Positions 57,699 to 64,000 of a stretch of DNA of 64,000 nt are shown in pieces. The stretch is from Candidatus Parcubacteria bacterium. GTDB taxonomy: Bacteria; Patescibacteriota; Minisyncoccia; Phycocordibacterales; CAIZLB01. The notes under the pieces were generated by a model, which saw only the letters and a program-made list of their open reading frames with translations, had not been told where the DNA came from and did no database searches. Location of the stretch: NCBI GenBank assembly GCA_043760135.1, contig JAYUPL010000014.1:25347-89346 (forward strand), given 5' to 3'. Within the stretch, counting starts at the first letter, position 1, and every line of letters starts with the position of its first letter. A program made the position numbers and the translations under genes.

Positions 57699-58124
57699 AT
57701 GCAATTAAAATTTAAAAAAATTCATCCTAATGCAAAAATACCAAGTTATGCTTATACAGGGGATGCAGGTTTGGATTTATATATTCCAGAAGATTTACTT
57801 TTTAAAAAAAAAGAAAGAAAATCGATTGCTCTTGGAATAGCTATTGAGATACCTGAGGGATATGTAGGAATATTGTTTGATAAAAGTGGATTGTCACACA
57901 AACATGGTTTAAAAAGTTATGGTGGTATTATCGATTCTGGATATAGAGGAGAGGTTCATGTAGGTATGATGAATTTGTCAGATAAGGATTATGAATTTAA
58001 GGCAGGAGATAAGATTATACAGATACTAATCATGCCGGTTCTTCAGGCTCAGGTTGTTGAGTGTGAACAATTGTCAGAATCAGATCGAGGTGAGGGGGCA
58101 TTTGGTAGTAGTGGAAATAAATAA
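57699..58124 (+). CDS. dut: dUTPase
   Basis: AGLDL, KSGL, GIIDSGYRGE, RGEGAFGSSG. Confidence 0.95.
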   Translation: MQLKFKKIHPNAKIPSYAYTGDAGLDLYIPEDLLFKKKERKSIALGIAIEIPEGYVGILFDKSGLSHKHGLKSYGGIIDSGYRGEVHVGMMNLSDKDYEFKAGDKIIQILIMPVLQAQVVECEQLSESDRGEGAFGSSGNK

Positions 58125-58139
58125 AAATAAAACATATAC

Positions 58140-58820
58140 ATGACAAAATCAATACACATTGCAATAGAAGGAACGGACTGTTCAGGAAAAGCCACTCAGA
58201 CACAAAAATTAAAAGAAAGATTTGTAGCTTCAGGTGCACCAACTGAAGTCTTTGCATTCCCAAGATACGGAGAGCCTGCATGTGTATTAGTTGAAAAATA
58301 TTTGCATGGAGAATATGGTACTGCTGTTGAAGTTGGCCCATTTGCAGGTTCGATGTTTTATGCAGCTGATAGATATGATGCCTCATTTGCTATTAGAAAA
58401 AATCTGGACGCAGGAACAAACGTTATTTGTGATAGATTTACATCTTCAAACATGGGGCATCAAGCAGGGAAGATTGATGATCTAACTGAACGAGATGCAT
58501 ATCTTGAATGGTTGGATAATCTAGAGTTTAAACTTTTAAATATTCCAAGACCAGATAAAATAGTTTTTTTGTATGTACACCCTGAGATCAGTCAAAAACT
58601 TATGGCAGAGCGTGCTGATAAAGATTATTTGAAAGGAAAGAAAAAAGATATTCATGAAGCAGACATGGATCACTTAATGAAGGCATCAAATGCGTTTTTA
58701 TATGTAGCGAAGAAATATAATTGGATTGTGATTGATTGTGCACCGGAGGGTGAGCTTTTGAGTATTGATACCATACATGAGATGGTGTGGAAAGGGGTGA
58801 ATTCAAGAATGCGTAGTTGA
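58140..58820 (+). CDS. tmk: Thymidylate kinase
   Basis: IEGTDCSGKATQ, FPRY, YAADR, DRF, DIHE. Confidence 0.9.
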   Translation: MTKSIHIAIEGTDCSGKATQTQKLKERFVASGAPTEVFAFPRYGEPACVLVEKYLHGEYGTAVEVGPFAGSMFYAADRYDASFAIRKNLDAGTNVICDRFTSSNMGHQAGKIDDLTERDAYLEWLDNLEFKLLNIPRPDKIVFLYVHPEISQKLMAERADKDYLKGKKKDIHEADMDHLMKASNAFLYVAKKYNWIVIDCAPEGELLSIDTIHEMVWKGVNSRMRS

Positions 58821-58850
58821 CTAATTTTATAGAGGTGGTATTTTGAGAGA

Positions 58851-59384
58851 GTGAGCACTACAAAAAATACAATATTTGATATTTCAAGCCCAGACGTTGC
58901 TGTGCAAAAGACCGTTTTTGATCAGCTTGTTGGATTGGACTTTTTACAGGCTAATCCTATTCGTACTAAGGATCATGTATATACGATGAATAGTTTTTTA
59001 CACTACGGCCAAGGTCATCATTCTGTATTGAATGCCGCCAGTCAAGTTTTAAGTTCAACCAATCCGATTCATATAAGCTGTGGATTGTTTGCAGATTTCT
59101 TTGTGGAAATGGAAAATTCCGAACTTAAACACAAGCCCAATTCAGCGGCCGAGGCTGTTCGGGCTTTGAAAAGAGAAGTTCTAAGTTTGATCAGAATTGT
59201 TCATATCCATATCAAATCGGATTGCATTCACAATCTGACAAGAAGGATGGCATTGAATATATGGCATCAGAGCATCGATTATCGTAATCCAAATGAAAGG
59301 TGGTTGACGTTCGAGACTTTGGACATTGATTTGATCTCTAAGCAAATACTGCAGTACATACGGGAATCAGAAGTACCTGCCTAA
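58851..59384 (+). CDS. Hypothetical protein
   Basis: 177-aa ORF followed by a hairpin plus T7 at 59398-59430. Confidence 0.5.
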   Translation: MSTTKNTIFDISSPDVAVQKTVFDQLVGLDFLQANPIRTKDHVYTMNSFLHYGQGHHSVLNAASQVLSSTNPIHISCGLFADFFVEMENSELKHKPNSAAEAVRALKREVLSLIRIVHIHIKSDCIHNLTRRMALNIWHQSIDYRNPNERWLTFETLDIDLISKQILQYIRESEVPA

Positions 59385-59459
59385 TTTACATTTCACCAAA
59401 GCTGGTCCCACCCCGGGACCGGCTTTTTTTACTACCCCAATTCTGATATAGTGAACTAT

Positions 59460-61199
59460 ATGTTACCCATCGCCTTGCAGATAAAAACCCACTGTATTTC
59501 ATTCCTTAAAACGAACGATATGACAGACGAAGATATACAAAAAATAAAATTTACAGTCGATATAAATAAAGATATTGATAGGGGGGATCTCTATACTAAC
59601 TTTGCTTTAGTGGCTTCAAAAACGTTCAATCAGAACCCTATTGTGATTGCTATCAATCTGGCAGAATATTTACATCAACAACTCGATAAAAATATTTTCA
59701 AAAAAGTAGAGGCGGCTGATTCTTATGTAAATTTTTATTTAGTTGATGATTTTCAAACATCGATAGGGAAAATAAACCATCCAGAATTTACTGGAAAAAA
59801 AATAGCTTACGAATATACTGATCCAAACCCAATGAAAGAATTTCATATTGGGCATCTTATGTCGAACACTATAGGAGAAGCCGTCTCTCGTCTAGGGGAA
59901 ATTGCCGGTGCGGAAATAAAAAGATATTCATATCAAGGAGACACAGGTCGTCACTTGGCAATTACTATGTGGGGACTTCGTTATATGAAAAATCCTTGGC
60001 CTGATGCGGAAGGTATGACTATAACTGATAAAGTAAAATTTTTAGGACAAGCCTATGTGATAGGAAATATAAAACTTGCTGAAGCAAAAGAGAAAGGTGA
60101 GGAAGAATACTCTCGTGTGATGACTGAGATAGAAATTATGAATCAAAAGATTTATGATCGGTCTGATGAAGATGTGAATACGTTATATGATCAAGGAAAA
60201 GAATGGTCTTTGCAAAAGTTTGAGCAATTGTATGAAGTGCTTGGAACAAAATTTGATCATTATTTTTTCGAAAGTCAGACAGCTCCTATTGGCCTAAAGA
60301 TTGTTACGGATAATCTTAATGCAACTTCAAGTATATTTACCAAAGGTGAAAATGATGCAATTATATTTGTAGGTGAAGCTTATGGTTTACATACTCGTGT
60401 GTTTATAAACGCCAAAGGAATTCCAACTTATGAAACAAAAGAGATGGGTCTGGCTCAGATGAAATATGATTTGTGGAACTTTGATCGGAGTATTGTCCTA
60501 ACTGCCAATGAGCAAAATGAAGTGTTTAAAGTAACAAATAAGACAATCACTCTTTTGATGCCGGAGATTGGTTCAAAGATGGAACATTTGGGACACGGTA
60601 TGATGAGTTTTGTTGGAGTGAAAATGAGTTCACGAACAGGAAAGATCTTAGCAGGAGATGAGTTGCTGGAAGATATGATGGCGAGCTCATATGAGAAAAT
60701 GGCAGAGCGTGATATGACAGAAGAAGAAAAACAAGATGTGTCAAAAGACATTGCAGTTGCAGCGATCAAGTTTTCTATACTCAAACAAAACTTTAGAAAA
60801 AACATTATTTTTGATAAAGAGAAAGCATTGTCATTGGAAGGAGATTCAGGTCCGTATATACAATATGCAATTGTGCGTATTAATTCTATTGAGAAAAAAA
60901 CAGAAGGATTGTCTGTTTCTGTCGTGAAAAATGAAATGTCTCCTGAGGCAGAAAATCTACGGCGAACATTGTGGAGATTTAATCATATGTGTTACAAAGC
61001 GATTGATGAATTTGCCCCACAATATATCGCACAGTATCTTATTGATCTGGCTTCAAGGTTCAATACTTTTTACAACAAGAATAAAATTATAGAGGATGAG
61101 AAGGTAAGTAAAGAATTATTGGATCTGTGTGTAAAAACTAGAGATATATTGACACAAGGGTTGACAACACTTGGGATACGGGTGGTTTCGAAGATGTAA
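59460..61199 (+). CDS. argS: Arginine--tRNA ligase
   Basis: EYTDPNP.K.FHIGH, KMSSRTG, GDSGPYIQYA, C-terminal Met. Confidence 0.96.
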   Translation: MLPIALQIKTHCISFLKTNDMTDEDIQKIKFTVDINKDIDRGDLYTNFALVASKTFNQNPIVIAINLAEYLHQQLDKNIFKKVEAADSYVNFYLVDDFQTSIGKINHPEFTGKKIAYEYTDPNPMKEFHIGHLMSNTIGEAVSRLGEIAGAEIKRYSYQGDTGRHLAITMWGLRYMKNPWPDAEGMTITDKVKFLGQAYVIGNIKLAEAKEKGEEEYSRVMTEIEIMNQKIYDRSDEDVNTLYDQGKEWSLQKFEQLYEVLGTKFDHYFFESQTAPIGLKIVTDNLNATSSIFTKGENDAIIFVGEAYGLHTRVFINAKGIPTYETKEMGLAQMKYDLWNFDRSIVLTANEQNEVFKVTNKTITLLMPEIGSKMEHLGHGMMSFVGVKMSSRTGKILAGDELLEDMMASSYEKMAERDMTEEEKQDVSKDIAVAAIKFSILKQNFRKNIIFDKEKALSLEGDSGPYIQYAIVRINSIEKKTEGLSVSVVKNEMSPEAENLRRTLWRFNHMCYKAIDEFAPQYIAQYLIDLASRFNTFYNKNKIIEDEKVSKELLDLCVKTRDILTQGLTTLGIRVVSKM

Positions 61200-61433
61200 A
61201 CGGACATAGAGTGTACGAGTGTCAATTTGCTTTTTTTAAATGCGGATGGTGATTAAGTAAATAATTTCACATAGTTTACTGTTTACTATAAACTATAAAC
61301 TATTATTAAAATCTATATAAACACTGTCCTCAAATTATGAAAAAATACCCTATTCGCTGTTTCTTAAAAAATCAGAGTAGTTCCCAAGATGTAGGTTTTG
61401 TGCTTAAATAGAACTGTCTAACATTTAAAAATT

Positions 61434-61832
61434 ATGAACATAGAAAAACATCTCCCGTATTGGCATAAAGGTAGGTATTATCCCAATCGCTTTGAAATAA
61501 AACCTGCACTTCATCTTGGGGGATGGCAACATCCTGATCAGCACGGCACCGTTTCAAGACCTAATGGTCATGAGATTATTCGCATACTAGAAGCTCGCTT
61601 CCTTCACCGTGTTATCGGTTTGGTAACTTTGATACATTATCAGAAATTCCCTAAAACACGTCCAGTCATTTTTCAAAATATTCACATGTGTGGCTGGCTT
61701 GATATAGTTCTTGGTTCACATAGTGACAGAATCTTTGTTCCAACCTTGACCCCTCAAAACAAGATTCATTGGATGGATCTCAACAGTGGATTCAATTGTT
61801 TGGACTTTATTCCACTTCGACGCGCTACTTGA
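61434..61832 (+). CDS. Hypothetical protein
   Basis: 132-aa ORF followed by a hairpin. Confidence 0.45.
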   Translation: MNIEKHLPYWHKGRYYPNRFEIKPALHLGGWQHPDQHGTVSRPNGHEIIRILEARFLHRVIGLVTLIHYQKFPKTRPVIFQNIHMCGWLDIVLGSHSDRIFVPTLTPQNKIHWMDLNSGFNCLDFIPLRRAT

Positions 61833-61919
61833 TTGGTCTACTATTTTTTTCGCCTACCTAGGTCACTGTTGACCTTGGAGGCGATTATTTTTTTACTCAA
61901 TTTATGCTAAACTGCACTC

Positions 61920-63383
61920 ATGACATCAATCGAAGACATTCGCGACCAACGAGTAGAAAAGGTAAAACTTATACAAGACAAAGGACTAGAAGCTTTTCCG
62001 GTTAAATCAAATATAAACACAACCAATGCGGAATTTACAGATTCTTTTAAAGATCTTTTGGATTCTCAAAAAGAGATAATTACAGGAGGAAGAATTATTT
62101 CAGTTCGTGGACAAGGAAAACTTGGTTTTGTTGATCTTATTGACGGTACATCTGAGAAAGTACAATGTTTTCTATCTTTAGAAAATTTGGGTGAGGAATG
62201 TATTACAGATTTTTTTGAATTAATTGATACAGGGGATTTTATAGAATTCACTGGAAATGCTTATGTGACAAAAAGAGAAACGAATGCACTTTCAGTGACT
62301 GGGTGGAGATTGTTATCAAAGAGTTTGAGGCCGATTCCAGATTCATTTTATGGAATAGAAGATGAAGATGAGAGATACAGAAAGCGATATCTGGATTTTA
62401 TTTTAAATAAAGATAATCGAGATATGATGAAGAGACGAAGTATGTTCTGGAATACTATCCGTACATTTTTATTACAAAGAGATTATATTGAAGTAGAAAC
62501 TCCTGTACTGGAGAATACTACTGGCGGGGCAGATGCTCGACCTTTTACAACTCATCACAATGCGCTTGATATGGATGTGTATTTGAGAATATCAGCAGGT
62601 GAACTATGGCAGAAGAGATTATTGATTGCAGGACTTCCTAAAACTTTTGAAATAGGACGTATTTTTAGAAATGAAGGAATGTCTGCTGAACATGCGCAAG
62701 ACTATACTCAAGTAGAATTTTATGAGGCATACTCTGATTTTACAAAAGGTATGCAAATGACAAGAGAGTTATATATCAAGATTGGAAAAGAAGTTTACGG
62801 AAAAACAACTTTTGAAAATAAAGGACTTACATTTGATTTAAAAGATGAATGGTCAATATATGATTTCTCAAAAATTATTGAAGAAAAATATAATATCGAT
62901 ATTCACAATACAAATGTTGATGAAGTAGAAAAAGAATTAAAAAATAATGAAGTTGAGTATGATAAAAAAACTTTGTCTGTAGAAAGGGGAATAGACTTAT
63001 TGTGGAAGAAGGTGAGAAAAACTTTAGCTGGTCCTGGGTTCCTTGTTGGTATTCCGGTATACCTTGAGCCGTTAGCTAAGAAATCAAAAACAGATGAGAG
63101 AGTAGTAGAAAGATTCCAGGTTATACTAGCTGGATCTGAAGTTGGAAAAGGATTTTCAGAATTGAACGATCCGATCGATCAAAGAGAGAGATTTATGGCA
63201 CAACAAGCTTTGAGAGATGCTGGAGATGATGAGGCACAGATGGCTGATCTCGAATATGTGGAGGCGATGGAATACGGTATGCCACCAGCATTTGGTTTTG
63301 GTGTATCAGAAAGATTATTTTCATTTCTTGAGGGTAAATCAGTGAGAGAATGTCAGGCATTTCCATTGATGAGGAAGAGATAA
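61920..63383 (+). CDS. lysS: Lysine--tRNA ligase (class II)
   Basis: RYRKRYLD, GGADARPF, FRNEG, ELNDP, YGMPP..GFG, FPLMR. Confidence 0.97.
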   Translation: MTSIEDIRDQRVEKVKLIQDKGLEAFPVKSNINTTNAEFTDSFKDLLDSQKEIITGGRIISVRGQGKLGFVDLIDGTSEKVQCFLSLENLGEECITDFFELIDTGDFIEFTGNAYVTKRETNALSVTGWRLLSKSLRPIPDSFYGIEDEDERYRKRYLDFILNKDNRDMMKRRSMFWNTIRTFLLQRDYIEVETPVLENTTGGADARPFTTHHNALDMDVYLRISAGELWQKRLLIAGLPKTFEIGRIFRNEGMSAEHAQDYTQVEFYEAYSDFTKGMQMTRELYIKIGKEVYGKTTFENKGLTFDLKDEWSIYDFSKIIEEKYNIDIHNTNVDEVEKELKNNEVEYDKKTLSVERGIDLLWKKVRKTLAGPGFLVGIPVYLEPLAKKSKTDERVVERFQVILAGSEVGKGFSELNDPIDQRERFMAQQALRDAGDDEAQMADLEYVEAMEYGMPPAFGFGVSERLFSFLEGKSVRECQAFPLMRKR

Positions 63384-63443
63384 AGAAAAGATAAAGATGT
63401 TAAGACACAGCATGAGTTTTTTGTCTTTGATATTATATCCTTC

Positions 63444-64000
63444 ATGAAGCAAAACATAAAAATATTTGAAGACAATAACATACGAAGGGTGTATGATGAA
63501 AAATCAGAAAAGTGGTATTTTTCAGTAGTTGATATTATTGCAGTATTAGTTGATCAAAAAAATTTCAAACTTGCCCAAAATTATTGGAAAGTGCTTAAAA
63601 ATCGTTTAAATAAAGAAGAAAGTCAGTTGGTTACAATTTGTAACCAACTGAAAATGCAGTCTTCAGATGGTAAATATTATCTAACAGACACTATGGATGT
63701 AGAATCTCTACTTCGACTTGTTCAATCCGTTCCATCACCCAAAGCCGAGCCTATCAAACTTTGGCTCGCCAAGGTTGGATATGAACGGATGCAAGAAACT
63801 GTAGATCCAGAAAGATCCATAAATCGTGCCCGCAAAAATTGGAAAAATGCAGGCATGGATGAAAAATGGATACAGCAACGCATGTTTAGTCAAGAGACTC
63901 GAAACAAGCTTACTGACTATTGGTCAAATAATGAAGTTAAAGAAGGAAAGGAATACGCCATTTTAACAAATATCATTCACAAAGAATGGTCAGACTTGTC
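63444..64000 (+). CDS. Second Bro-N domain protein (3' truncated by window edge)
   Basis: MKQNIKIFEDNNIRRVY..WYFSVVDII, LVQSVPSPKAEPIKLWLA; paralog of 27426-28250. Confidence 0.9.
   Translation, partial: MKQNIKIFEDNNIRRVYDEKSEKWYFSVVDIIAVLVDQKNFKLAQNYWKVLKNRLNKEESQLVTICNQLKMQSSDGKYYLTDTMDVESLLRLVQSVPSPKAEPIKLWLAKVGYERMQETVDPERSINRARKNWKNAGMDEKWIQQRMFSQETRNKLTDYWSNNEVKEGKEYAILTNIIHKEWSDL

Overview
AT-rich bacterial chromosomal segment (standard code; TGA is used as stop). Gene content and style point to a Patescibacteria/CPR genome, probably Parcubacteria (inference): PilC plus minor-pilin and PilMNO clusters, split ComEC, TrmB regulators, rplK without rplA, widespread leaderless genes and tRNA-Arg(GCG). 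Core genes are tig, tpiA, pgk, recJ, rnhA, sod, rpmB, glyA, rpsL, rpsG, fusA, rpsT, folD, secE, nusG, rplK, uppP, dut, tmk, argS and lysS. There are five tRNAs and many solitary ORFans. I saw no CRISPR array, rRNA, transposase or integrase. The most notable non-coding observations are: (1) a promoter- and terminator-bounded cloverleaf/pseudoknot-like small RNA convergent with a small putative RNase gene, a candidate RNA-antitoxin module inside the broken str operon; (2) three tRNA genes each followed by an inverted copy of their own T-arm next to a hairpin; (3) ACAA-W-TTGT-centred palindromes inside both Bro-N genes plus an orphan copy; (4) small covarying palindromic repeat families, one copy inserted in frame in a pilin leader. 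All product calls come from motif recognition by eye; no database search was run.
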